A stretch of DNA of 64,000 bases, taken from the IMG/VR virus record IMGVR_UViG_3300048574_000421; one strand, written 5' to 3'. Source of the stretch: a virus (lineage: Duplodnaviria; Heunggongvirae; Uroviricota; Caudoviricetes). Shown here one piece after another: positions 40,419-49,259 of this stretch. Position 1 is the first letter of the stretch. Each line of letters begins with the position of its first letter. Both the position numbers and the translations under genes were made by a program. A model generated the notes under the pieces. It made no database searches, was not told the origin of the DNA, and saw only the letters and a list, made by a program, of their open reading frames with translations.

Positions 40419-40747
40419 TATTCAGCCTCAAGGTTAAAATGGCCAATAATTCTTACATCAGTTGAAGTCTCACTACTTATAAGAGAGATGCCTATATCTT
40501 GTTTTATTTTTCTATCAGCAGCATAGTATTGTTTAGGATATATCGGGATTCCAGTAGAAAGTGTTGCAGTACCACCTGATATATTTAAAAAAACTGTTGC
40601 TGTTTCTGAGTTATTTGCAATTTCAATTCCCATAACATCTTGTGAAAATTTAATAGTACTACTAGACATATTTATTAAACTTGACATATCTTCTGAGTCT
40701 GTGGGTTCATCTTGTCTAACAGGCATTGAACGATTGAATTCTGACAT
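40418..40747 (-). CDS. Small virion structural protein
   Basis: 109 aa beta-rich (IEIANNS..VFL..GIPIYP); translationally coupled to the next gene. Confidence 0.6.
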   Translation of the reverse strand: MSEFNRSMPVRQDEPTDSEDMSSLINMSSSTIKFSQDVMGIEIANNSETATVFLNISGGTATLSTGIPIYPKQYYAADRKIKQDIGISLISSETSTDVRIIGHFNLEAE

Positions 40748-40756
40748 ATCTTCTCC

Positions 40757-41398
40757 TTAAACTCTAGTACCTTTGTCTTCAAAATGTTTTTTCATCATGT
40801 ACATAATAGCAAGAATTGCTGCATCATTTTTATTTTTTAAAGAATTCCAGATTCTATCAACAGTTATTCCCGGTACCATTATATCTGACATTTGTTTTGA
40901 GTCTTTTATTTGTTCAGACAAAAGTTCGATTAATGCTTCTAAACGAACACTAACATTTTCAATCGATTGATTTGTTTCTTTATTTTTCTTGTTTAAGATT
41001 GCAATACTACTTCTAAAAGTATTCTGTGTTTCAACATCTTGCAACTCTTTTTTCTCATTTTCTGTTTCAAAATCTTTATGAAAGTCAACAATTTGATTCA
41101 CGATTTTTTGAAGATCTTGCTTTTCTTTTTTTAATATTTCGACTTTTTCAACTAGTGATTCAATTATTTTTTGATTTTGCTTTTGTGCTATTTCAAGTCC
41201 ATCGCAAGAAGTTTTTATTTTTGATATCACATCACCAGAAAGATAAGCTTCAGAAATTAGTTTTTTATCGACACCAAGTTTTTCCAAAGTCAACAAATCA
41301 TTCGAAAATATTATGCCTTGAACTTGATCATAACAAAAGTTCAAAGAACGTTTAAAATAATTAACTTTAAACTTTGTTCCAACGTTACACGAAAACAT
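40757..41398 (-). CDS. Coiled-coil hypothetical protein
   Basis: 213 aa with heptad pattern; GGAG RBS. Confidence 0.65.
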   Translation of the reverse strand: MFSCNVGTKFKVNYFKRSLNFCYDQVQGIIFSNDLLTLEKLGVDKKLISEAYLSGDVISKIKTSCDGLEIAQKQNQKIIESLVEKVEILKKEKQDLQKIVNQIVDFHKDFETENEKKELQDVETQNTFRSSIAILNKKNKETNQSIENVSVRLEALIELLSEQIKDSKQMSDIMVPGITVDRIWNSLKNKNDAAILAIMYMMKKHFEDKGTRV

Positions 41399-41420
41399 TT
41401 TTAATCTCCTTTAATTAATC

Positions 41421-42308
41421 TTAATATGTAAAACCAAACATACTTGTTTCATATGATTGGTTTACTTTTTCATTATGTTTTACTGTAACTGTTACAGTAG
41501 ATGCTGCTGAACATTGAATTGATTTATCACTAAAATCAAAAACAACATTTCTATTATTCCAACTATTTCTTAAAGCACTTATTGTCGTACCATTTATTTT
41601 CAATTTAAACAATGCATCAGCTGTTCCTGTACATAAAATTTTCTCAATAAAAAATGAACCTGCGTTCGTATAAGTGTAAACAATAGTTTCTGTAGTTGGA
41701 ACGTTAGAAGCTTCTTCATAACTTCTAAAACGACTAATCGATGTTGGATCTTGTTTTACAACAAGTCTTCTGTCGTTATCAACAAGCAAATATTGTAATG
41801 TAGTGTTGTCAGCTAAAGCAGCTATTTTTACATTCTCAAGTGTTATGTCACCGATTTCAACATTTGCATCAACAGAAAGTTTACCATCAGGAGTTAAAAG
41901 AAATTTTTCCCAACGTTGATTTTGTTCAACCCAACCATAATTGTGGGTGTTTGCTTCTTCAGCTTCACCTTCATGATGTGGATCAACAGTTGGTGGATAA
42001 ACTGTAGCAAATGGAGAAAGGTTAATATTGCTTTCAACACTTGATGCATCTACAGCAGTGAGTTTGAAATAATATCTTGAATTAAGAGGAATTGGGACGT
42101 CAACATCTTTTACAAGAGCACAAACTTTCCCCTTGTAAGTTTTATCTATAACATTTTGAATGCCTGATTTAAAAAGAGAATAAACACCTGCAGGAGTAGC
42201 TGAACTATAAAGATTATATGTCTTTGCTTCAGACTTGCTTAGAGGTATCCAACCAAAAAATATGTCACCATTACGACGATACAACACTTGTAACTGTGGT
42301 ACTGACAT
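41421..42308 (-). CDS. Fn3/Ig-like virion protein
   Basis: YNLYSS...YYFKLTAVD...ES Fn3 signature; N-terminal half paralogous to 42430..42852. Confidence 0.7.
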   Translation of the reverse strand: MSVPQLQVLYRRNGDIFFGWIPLSKSEAKTYNLYSSATPAGVYSLFKSGIQNVIDKTYKGKVCALVKDVDVPIPLNSRYYFKLTAVDASSVESNINLSPFATVYPPTVDPHHEGEAEEANTHNYGWVEQNQRWEKFLLTPDGKLSVDANVEIGDITLENVKIAALADNTTLQYLLVDNDRRLVVKQDPTSISRFRSYEEASNVPTTETIVYTYTNAGSFFIEKILCTGTADALFKLKINGTTISALRNSWNNRNVVFDFSDKSIQCSAASTVTVTVKHNEKVNQSYETSMFGFTY

Positions 42309-42318
42309 TTAACTTCTC

Positions 42319-42365
42319 CTTCGGTAAACAAAAGCGTAAAGTTCGCTATCTTTGTTAGTCCGAAG
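42319..42365 (-). promoter_or_regulatory. Long leader hairpin abutting the RBS of 41421..42308
   Basis: CTTCGG..AACAAA..AGCG-loop-CGCT..TTTGTT..CCGAAG; the 3' arm runs into AAGGAG. Confidence 0.45.
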
Positions 42366-42370
42366 TTCTG

Positions 42371-42404
42371 AAAAAAAGGGTCAGATCATGTCCAACCCTT
42401 TTTT
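42371..42404. terminator. Bidirectional-type terminator
   Basis: A7GGGT...ACCCT6. Confidence 0.6.
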
Positions 42405-42429
42405 GTCAAAGAACTTTTTTCAAACAAAT

Positions 42430-42852
42430 TTACGGGCTGGTTATGATATTACCTACATCATCAACAGCAATTGGAATAAATTTTTGTAACTCTTTACTAA
42501 ATCCATACATAACTGAATATTCTTTGGGCACAATCATTTCAGAGCGTGGCAGAATTACTAAAGGACCCTCTTGTGCACCTTCAATATCATTAACAACTGG
42601 AGCGAGTTTGACGTAATTTCTAGTTTCATTATTCCAATTTACTAAACCATCTGTTATAAATTCGAAAACAACTTTACCTCTAGAAGCAGGAGCTATAGAA
42701 GGATTGTTTAATGTCGAACCTATAACAGTGTAACTTCCACCTTCAGTATTTGAATAATACAAGTTGAAAGAATCGACACCTGCACGGTAATCTATAAACA
42801 GACGTACAATCTGTTTTAAACGATAAATTATTTGAACACCTTGAATTGCCAT
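42430..42852 (-). CDS. Fn3/Ig-like virion protein
   Basis: Q(I/V)(I/L)YR..(F/Y)NLY.S...G.Y..GKV..Y.KL..V shared with 41421..42308. Confidence 0.7.
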   Translation of the reverse strand: MAIQGVQIIYRLKQIVRLFIDYRAGVDSFNLYYSNTEGGSYTVIGSTLNNPSIAPASRGKVVFEFITDGLVNWNNETRNYVKLAPVVNDIEGAQEGPLVILPRSEMIVPKEYSVMYGFSKELQKFIPIAVDDVGNIITSP

Positions 42853-43521
42853 TTATTTTTCCTGTGAAGTTGTTTCAACTTTCTTACGTCTTTTTGCTCT
42901 TTTTTCAATTTCTTGATTTATCTCGACTTTAGCTTCTTGCTTCTTTTCATCGAAATTAGGAGTAGATAGTTGTGAATTATCAGCACCCAAATCTTTTGCA
43001 AGATCAGCTACAACATCTTTTTTTTCAGCAACTACAACTACAGTTTCTTTCTCTTTAACTTGTACTGGACTTTTTAAAATTTCATCAGAACCTTTAGTTG
43101 TAATATCAGCCTGTCTTTCCCTCATTCGTCTCTCAGCTTCATTAAAATTAGGAATTGAAGGCTTGTCTTCATCTTTCTGTTTTTGCATTGGAGACTTCCT
43201 AAAGTTTCTTGCAGTCTGTCTAGACTCTAAACTTTTATTCATCTCCTTTGCATCAACACATGCTTTACTTGGGAGAGCTTTTTTCATTGCAATAGAAACG
43301 ATTTTTTTATCTTCACTACACGTTTGAGGTGTCGAAATATTTTGTGATGCTTCTTCCTCTGTCACTTCTAACATCCATTTTGCTTTTAAACCAGCTTTAA
43401 TAGATCTAGAAGTATCGCACACGTGAACATCGTAATAGAAATACTCGTCAGTTTGAATCTTTCTATTTTGATCAGTTAGTCTAAAGCCACCAAGTCTATT
43501 GCACTTGAAAAAACGATACAT
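42853..43521 (-). CDS. Hypothetical protein (folded N-terminus, charged disordered tail)
   Basis: 222-aa ORF, GGGAG RBS. Confidence 0.65.
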   Translation of the reverse strand: MYRFFKCNRLGGFRLTDQNRKIQTDEYFYYDVHVCDTSRSIKAGLKAKWMLEVTEEEASQNISTPQTCSEDKKIVSIAMKKALPSKACVDAKEMNKSLESRQTARNFRKSPMQKQKDEDKPSIPNFNEAERRMRERQADITTKGSDEILKSPVQVKEKETVVVVAEKKDVVADLAKDLGADNSQLSTPNFDEKKQEAKVEINQEIEKRAKRRKKVETTSQEK

Positions 43522-43571
43522 TTTAATCTCCCTTTAATCTTAATTTAATTTTTTATGCTTTAAACAAGTAA

Positions 43572-44078
43572 TTAGCTCTTAGCAGCTCTACCAATTTCGT
43601 CTCTAGTATCATTAAAGCTACCAGGACCAATTGAAATCCATTCGTCATCACCCATTGATGATGGTGCAAAAGCTGCAGGATCATCTTTGTTGGGATCATG
43701 TTCAATAGGATGTGATGCTTCTTTGCCATCAGGATCTAACCACTGTTCAGTTCCCATTTCCATAGCCATAGGATCTCCACTTGTATCGTCAGTGTCGTCA
43801 TCAAGCATTTCATCGACGTTTTCCTGATATTCTTCTTCCATCTTTCCCAGAGCTTCAAGTTCTCTAGAAATTCTCATAAGCTTTTTTGCAATTCTTTTCT
43901 TTCTATTTGCAATTGTTGCAGCTCTTCCAACTGCGTCTCTCTGGTCACTTCCCCAGTTGTTTGCAGGTGCAACTTCTTCTTCATGAGCTAAACCTTCTTG
44001 TGGTCCATCATAACCAATTGCTTCGCGGCATGCGCCAATTTCATCAAGATACGAAGCTGTTTTTTTAGTGTTCATCAT
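43572..44078 (-). CDS. Acidic internal head protein candidate
   Basis: KKTAS N-terminus; repeated DQRDAVGRAA / DTRDEIGRAA; GGAGG RBS. Confidence 0.65.
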   Translation of the reverse strand: MMNTKKTASYLDEIGACREAIGYDGPQEGLAHEEEVAPANNWGSDQRDAVGRAATIANRKKRIAKKLMRISRELEALGKMEEEYQENVDEMLDDDTDDTSGDPMAMEMGTEQWLDPDGKEASHPIEHDPNKDDPAAFAPSSMGDDEWISIGPGSFNDTRDEIGRAAKS

Positions 44079-44125
44079 ATTCCTCCTTAAGGGATTTTAA
44101 CTTGTAAAATGTATATATAAAAGAC

Positions 44126-44419
44126 TTATCCAAACCTGTGATAATGTCTTAACCCTCTTCTTCTTTTCAACTGCATTCTATGCAATGAACGATATCTTTT
44201 CATTCTTGTTCTTAAATGTTGACGATGAGTTTTATAGTAAAACTTCCTTCTTGTCTTTGTTGTTCCACGACTCTTTCTTGGTCTTTTTATTCTAATTCTG
44301 TAACGTGCAACAACATAAGAAGCAACTTTGTCAAGAATATCTGCTAAATCAGAACGACCATGTTTATCTTCCAACTGGTCTGCGTAATCATGCAGTTTTG
44401 CTATAATAGAAAACATCAA
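44126..44419 (-). CDS. Arg-rich, protamine-like protein
   Basis: C-terminal ~60 aa dominated by R/K/H; N-terminal ADQLE..G..DLADILDKVAS hairpin. Confidence 0.65.
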   Translation of the reverse strand: MMFSIIAKLHDYADQLEDKHGRSDLADILDKVASYVVARYRIRIKRPRKSRGTTKTRRKFYYKTHRQHLRTRMKRYRSLHRMQLKRRRGLRHYHRFG

Positions 44420-44757
44420 TCGCCCTCCATAATTTTCAACTTTGAATAATAATCAGAAATCTCAGATAGATGATCAAGAGCAATTCTCTTTGCAACATCA
44501 TCGTCAGGAGTATGCTCATGTTCAACATCAATTCCCATTTTTAATTGTTCAGCATCAACATCTTCTTCTGTAACACCAAGTTCGTTAGCTCTACCATTAG
44601 TCAAAAAAGTAACAAACTTAGTAGCAAGTTTATAAATTTCAGTTTCAGCTTTATCAACATCATAACCCATAGACTCAGCCCACGCATGTAAATCAACATC
44701 TAATGGATTTGGATTTGTTTTCAAAAAAAATATTACATCTTCTCTTAACACTGTCAC
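44416..44757 (-). CDS. DUF5661-like protein
   Basis: EQLKMGIDVEHEHT.D..VAKRIALDHL.E..DYY.KL..ME. Confidence 0.75.
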   Translation of the reverse strand: MTVLREDVIFFLKTNPNPLDVDLHAWAESMGYDVDKAETEIYKLATKFVTFLTNGRANELGVTEEDVDAEQLKMGIDVEHEHTPDDDVAKRIALDHLSEISDYYSKLKIMEGD

Positions 44758-44788
44758 CTCTTGCTAAAAGACTATTATTGTAGTACTA

Positions 44789-44803
44789 ATAAAAACAGTA
44801 GAA
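44789..44803 (-). promoter_or_regulatory. TTCTA-N4-TTTTAT motif copy 5
   Basis: + strand ATAAAAACAGTAGAA. Confidence 0.7.
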
Positions 44804-44941
44804 TATTTAGGTTTTTCTACAATGACTAGAATTCAGTCTAGCATATCCAAAATGTTTGTCTATATAGTTTAAAATGGTAAAAAACTAAATAAAGTCGAGG
44901 GTATAAAAAGACACTCTTTAGAAGCTCAATTATGTAGCTGT

Positions 44942-46021
44942 TTATTGTTTAATATACAATGAAGGATGTGTTCTTAAATTCTTTACACTTGTCTCCCATA
45001 AAGGAATCAAAACTGAATATTGTTCTTCTATTTTTCTCCATTCAATTGAATCAGCGTATAAAATCTTAATTTTTGCTGTAGGATACTGTTCTCTTGTTAA
45101 TTCAATTTTTCTTATATCTCTTCCCATGAAGTTCTTTGTCTCAACCCACTCATCAGTTTGCGACAAATAAAAATCTATCCAACAATTCTCTTTTCCCTTA
45201 TCAGAAATCACTTCAAAAGGTTTTAACTCAAACATGTATTTGATTTTATTATAAATAAGATATCTAGCATAATTAGCTTCAAGTGTAGAACGCACACTAT
45301 GTCCAATGTCGTTTCTATAACCATGTATTGAAAATGCAGTTTTAATATCTGGCTGTTTTCCAAATCTATGGTTTTTACTTCCCATTCTACTTTCACTCAT
45401 CTTGCTCTTTGTCTGTTCTGTATGTGTTCTTCCTTTATTATGATGAATGATGTTTTTTGAATTGTTTTTCTTTATTGTATCACTAATGCTTTTCCTAGAT
45501 TCTTCTGAATGACATTTGCCATAAAAAGGATTTTTTTCTCCCTTGAAAATTTCTTTACTTACACTTTTGCCTGCTATAGTAGTCTTCTCTATAAAATTGT
45601 TACTATACAAAGGGTCAGGATATTTAGAAGTATATTCTTGTTTTGTAATTTTGTGATCTATTTTTAAGTGAAAGTCTATTCTTCCTTTCCTCATCCCACA
45701 TATTTTACACTCAACCCATTCATTAGAATTTGTACTATTAAAAATCAAATGACTATGTTTAGGGTCTTTAGAATAAAAACAATGCTTATATAAAGAAGGC
45801 TGTGTTACACATGCTTCTCCACATATCTCGCACTTGAATTGTTTTGTTTCTTGATTTGTTTTTCTTCTTGAAGCTCCACGTTTCATTCTCTTTTCTTCAT
45901 CAATCACATATTTAACATTAAACATTTCTTTATACTCTTGAATTGACAACTTGTGATCTAATCTAATATGCTGCTGTAGATCTCCTCTCTCTTCCTGACA
46001 TCCTTCAATTAAACATTTCAT
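44942..46021 (-). CDS. Homing-type endonuclease: Zn fingers + NUMOD3 + PD-(D/E)XK domain (start MKCLIEG at 46021)
   Basis: CxxC..H..H repeats, NPFYGKCHSEES, RSTLEANYARYL..FE...IDFYL...VETK; AGGAG RBS before 46021. Confidence 0.8.
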   Translation of the reverse strand: MKCLIEGCQEERGDLQQHIRLDHKLSIQEYKEMFNVKYVIDEEKRMKRGASRRKTNQETKQFKCEICGEACVTQPSLYKHCFYSKDPKHSHLIFNSTNSNEWVECKICGMRKGRIDFHLKIDHKITKQEYTSKYPDPLYSNNFIEKTTIAGKSVSKEIFKGEKNPFYGKCHSEESRKSISDTIKKNNSKNIIHHNKGRTHTEQTKSKMSESRMGSKNHRFGKQPDIKTAFSIHGYRNDIGHSVRSTLEANYARYLIYNKIKYMFELKPFEVISDKGKENCWIDFYLSQTDEWVETKNFMGRDIRKIELTREQYPTAKIKILYADSIEWRKIEEQYSVLIPLWETSVKNLRTHPSLYIKQ

Positions 46022-46048
46022 ATTGCTCCTTTGTTTTATAGAAGTAAT

Positions 46049-46077
46049 ATAATACTTTAAATCTAACAACTTGTCAA
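46049..46077 (-). promoter_or_regulatory. Sigma70-type promoter for the endonuclease gene
   Basis: Minus strand TTGACA-N17-TATTAT. Confidence 0.7.
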
Positions 46078-46119
46078 CTATATTAAACTGTTATCGCATA
46101 AAATATTATTAAGATAAAC

Positions 46120-46151
46120 AAAAAGCCCCATCTTGTTTCCAAGACAGGGCT
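46120..46151 (-). terminator. Rho-independent terminator after the major capsid gene
   Basis: AGCCCTGTCTTG-GAAA-CAAGATGGGGCT followed by TTTT. Confidence 0.85.
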
Positions 46152-46174
46152 ATAAGTTGTTGAATTGTAACTAA

Positions 46175-47053
46175 TTATGGACGAGTGACTTCAATGAGAC
46201 TTACGCCTCTTGGGTTCCATACACCAATTCCAATTTGTTCAAAAATTGACCAACCAATTAAACGATTGTCAGGATCATCAGCTGGAAGAACTGTAACATC
46301 AATTCTCTGAGGCATAACAGCAAGGAATTTCTCCTCTGTGCAAACAAAGATTGTACCAATAGGCACGACTCTGCTTACGATAATGTCTGCTCCCCAGATC
46401 TGAGCCATCAAACCAGTGTTTAACAAACTCTTCTGTGTTACTGGGTCCAACTGATCACGACCAAATTTACGAATGTCAGAGTAATCTCTAGCATTCATGA
46501 ACATACGAGCAACGCGAAGGTCATGTTTTTCAACTTCTGCAAAAGCATCAGCAAGTGCATCTCTGTCAAGAGAGCCTGAAGCAGGTGTAATTGCGTTGAA
46601 AGGAAGACCTGTGTTAGGATTGATCTGTGCTGCAGCAACCTGGAGAGCGCTGAAACCAAGATCATCTTCACTTGCCTGAATGTCCTGTTTTGCTTTGTCC
46701 TGAGCACGGTCGATCAGGTTATATCTGCGTTCTTTGATCTGTGTGAACGGAATCTTCGGGTTTGAAGCAAGTTCAAACAGAGGAACGAGAATTCTTTTAC
46801 CTTTTACGATTGTCTCAGGTGTCTGACCTTCTTCACCAATAACGATTGCCGGAACATCGACGTCTCTGTCATAGTAAGGAAGAGCACCCTGTGGCAGGGG
46901 ATCTACAACTGCTGCACGACGGAACACACCTTCGTAATCAAGACGTTCACGAAGAGGATTCTGCATTGAAGCAGCAAGCTTCATCTTACCTTCTGGGGTA
47001 AGCAAGAGCTTCTCAATGGCTCTTTCTTTATCAGCTGCTGTCGTAATTTTCAT
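46175..47053 (-). CDS. Major capsid protein (HK97 fold, Bxz1/Myrna-like)
   Basis: LAASMQNPLRERLDYEG..R..DPLPQG...YD; ELASNPKI; IWGADIIVS..VP.GTIF; GWSIFEQIG; position after scaffold and decoration genes; strong terminator. Confidence 0.9.
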   Translation of the reverse strand: MKITTAADKERAIEKLLLTPEGKMKLAASMQNPLRERLDYEGVFRRAAVVDPLPQGALPYYDRDVDVPAIVIGEEGQTPETIVKGKRILVPLFELASNPKIPFTQIKERRYNLIDRAQDKAKQDIQASEDDLGFSALQVAAAQINPNTGLPFNAITPASGSLDRDALADAFAEVEKHDLRVARMFMNARDYSDIRKFGRDQLDPVTQKSLLNTGLMAQIWGADIIVSRVVPIGTIFVCTEEKFLAVMPQRIDVTVLPADDPDNRLIGWSIFEQIGIGVWNPRGVSLIEVTRP

Positions 47054-47132
47054 GGAAAACTCCTTAATTAACTGTTGCTTTGTTTTTGTTTTTTGTTTTA
47101 ATCAATAGTTCTATTAAATCTCACTGATGATC

Positions 47133-47627
47133 TTAGATATAAAGATCAAAACCAAGCCAAGGATCAGTAGGTGACGGAGCCTTTGAGACTCTACCAACAA
47201 CTGGACATGTGGCAGAAAGATCTTCAGATGTGAGAAGACCGAAATCACTAGCATAAAGAAGATCACCTGCAGTGTAAGTGACATCGAGTGTGTCAGCTTC
47301 ATTGCGTGTCTCATAAATGTCAGTTTCAAACGATCCCATAGAACGCATGACTGTGATTTTTCCCGAAGCAACAGCCGGGGTGTTTTCGAACGGTGAGCCT
47401 GCAGCATCGTTGAGGAAGATTCCAACAGGTGCATGAGTCGTACAAATGTCGACTTCATAATTGTCGGAATACATCGCAACCATACCTGCCAGGACTCCGT
47501 CCGGTGAGTCAGCTGTAATTCGGTCTGACGTACAACCAGCAGCGCCAAAATTCTGACGAGTAAAAGCGCCAGGAGCCAATGTTGACAGAGAATTTCTGTC
47601 ACCTGGGAACAGGATACGAAGTGCCAT
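47133..47627 (-). CDS. Capsid decoration/cement protein
   Basis: Directly upstream of MCP; AG...GIF..D...SGKITV...G.FETD.Y...Y..GDLLYAS..GLLT. Confidence 0.75.
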   Translation of the reverse strand: MALRILFPGDRNSLSTLAPGAFTRQNFGAAGCTSDRITADSPDGVLAGMVAMYSDNYEVDICTTHAPVGIFLNDAAGSPFENTPAVASGKITVMRSMGSFETDIYETRNEADTLDVTYTAGDLLYASDFGLLTSEDLSATCPVVGRVSKAPSPTDPWLGFDLYI

Positions 47628-47702
47628 GGAGTAACTCCTTAAGTTAAATTGGTACTTGTTATTAACAAAACTAGCAAATCTTTAAACATTAATTCTGTGT
47701 TT

Positions 47703-47717
47703 ATAAAAGGATTAGAA
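47703..47717 (-). promoter_or_regulatory. TTCTA-N4-TTTTAT motif copy 6 (upstream of the decoration-MCP operon)
   Basis: + strand ATAAAAGGATTAGAA. Confidence 0.75.
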
Positions 47718-47755
47718 AAAACAAGGAGAATAAATTCTCCTTGTTAATATCTAAT

Positions 47756-49246
47756 TTATTCGTCCTGAGGTGCGCCTCTCCACATTTTTGAAAGAACTTC
47801 AACTTCAGGATCTCCAGAGAAATCATTTTGTTCAACCAAAGATGCATTTTTGTCGATACCAAAACTGCTATCTTCGACAGCTTCATTATCTCTCTTAAGA
47901 GGTTGATGCTTTGATGATGTAACAGTTTTTCCAGGTTCTCTTGAAGACTCTTTTGCAGGAGCTTCAGTAGATTCTTCTTCTGGAGTCTCTGCAGCTTCTT
48001 CAGCTGGTGTTTCTGCATCAGCTTTCTCTTCTTCAACAACAGGAGCAGCTGAACATTCAGCAAGTTTTTTCTCGACTTCTTCAGCATTTTCTTCAGCTGC
48101 ATCACCAAGAGAGTCATGCTTATCAGCAGCACCAATATCACCTTTTGATTCAGCTTCTTCAGCTAGTTTGCGATGATGTGATGCAATCAGACGATAATTA
48201 CGAGCAAGTTCAGCAAGTTTGTTTGAAGCTTCAACTGGTGTTGCAGGAGTTTCTGTCTCTACAGGTTCCGTAGCATCAGCTTTTTCTTCTTCTTTTTTTT
48301 CTTCAACTACAACAGGAGTTTCTGTTACAGGAGGAACTTGTGAAGCAGCTTCTTTCTCATCTTTTTCGACAGCAGGAGTTTCTGTAGTCTCAGGTGTTTC
48401 AACAACTTCAGGTTTCTCTTCAGTTTCTTCTTCAGCAGATTTTGTCATTGTTTCAATAACGCTCTGAATATGAGCAACTTTTGCTTCAGCTTCATCAGCT
48501 TTACCGTCAAGCATTTCTGCTTGTTCAATGTCATCATCTTCTTGTGCTTCAGCTGCAGCCTGACGATTGATTCTTACAATGCGTGACTGGCGACGGAGTT
48601 CTTTTTGTGCATCATCAATAGAAATAAACTCATGCTCACCAGCAACTTTACGTTCAAGTCTATCAATTTCGCTATCTTCAAGTTTTACGATAGAAGCAAT
48701 TTTAGATTTAATAGCTTCATAAGAATCTTCAAGTTTTCCTTCAGCAACAAGTTGTTTTGCAATAGCAAGACCTCGACGTGCCTTACGTTCTACAACTCTA
48801 TCATTACGTTCTGAAGCAAGTTTTTTCTTCAAAGATGCAACAGTATTCATAAGATTTGCATATTTTTCTTCATCATCTCCTTCAGGTACTTCTGCTTCAC
48901 TTCCTTCAGTGTTTTCTTCAGAACCTTCATCGAGTTCTTCTGGTACGACTGGAGCAGCAACAGGTGCAGCACCAGCACCAGCACCTTGTGCTTGTGTTGT
49001 TACAGCATTTAATACAGCACTTTGAAGCTCGCCTTCAGTTGTTACTGCAGGTTGTTCGCTGGGTGCACTCATTTGCGATGATGTTTTTCCAGCAAGTTCA
49101 TTTACCAAGTCTTCAGCAAATTTCTGTGCTTCAGCTGGTTCAAAAGTCTCTTTCGAAGCTTCTACGACCTTAACCAACTTTGACCCATTAAATACTGCGA
49201 CTTTAGATCCACTTTTATGCACTTTTGCATGCCATGACCAACTCAT
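47756..49246 (-). CDS. Capsid scaffolding protein
   Basis: Very acidic, Ala/Glu-rich coiled coils; lies between protease and capsid genes; C-terminal VLSKMW. Confidence 0.75.
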   Translation of the reverse strand: MSWSWHAKVHKSGSKVAVFNGSKLVKVVEASKETFEPAEAQKFAEDLVNELAGKTSSQMSAPSEQPAVTTEGELQSAVLNAVTTQAQGAGAGAAPVAAPVVPEELDEGSEENTEGSEAEVPEGDDEEKYANLMNTVASLKKKLASERNDRVVERKARRGLAIAKQLVAEGKLEDSYEAIKSKIASIVKLEDSEIDRLERKVAGEHEFISIDDAQKELRRQSRIVRINRQAAAEAQEDDDIEQAEMLDGKADEAEAKVAHIQSVIETMTKSAEEETEEKPEVVETPETTETPAVEKDEKEAASQVPPVTETPVVVEEKKEEEKADATEPVETETPATPVEASNKLAELARNYRLIASHHRKLAEEAESKGDIGAADKHDSLGDAAEENAEEVEKKLAECSAAPVVEEEKADAETPAEEAAETPEEESTEAPAKESSREPGKTVTSSKHQPLKRDNEAVEDSSFGIDKNASLVEQNDFSGDPEVEVLSKMWRGAPQDE

Positions 49247-49259
49247 GTTTTCTCCTTAG

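Noticed and set aside
47114-49173. Overlapping ORFs 47114..47602, 47701..48141, 48007, 48219, 48605, 48856
   Set aside because: Alternate frames of the decoration and scaffold genes with low-complexity, non-protein-like composition
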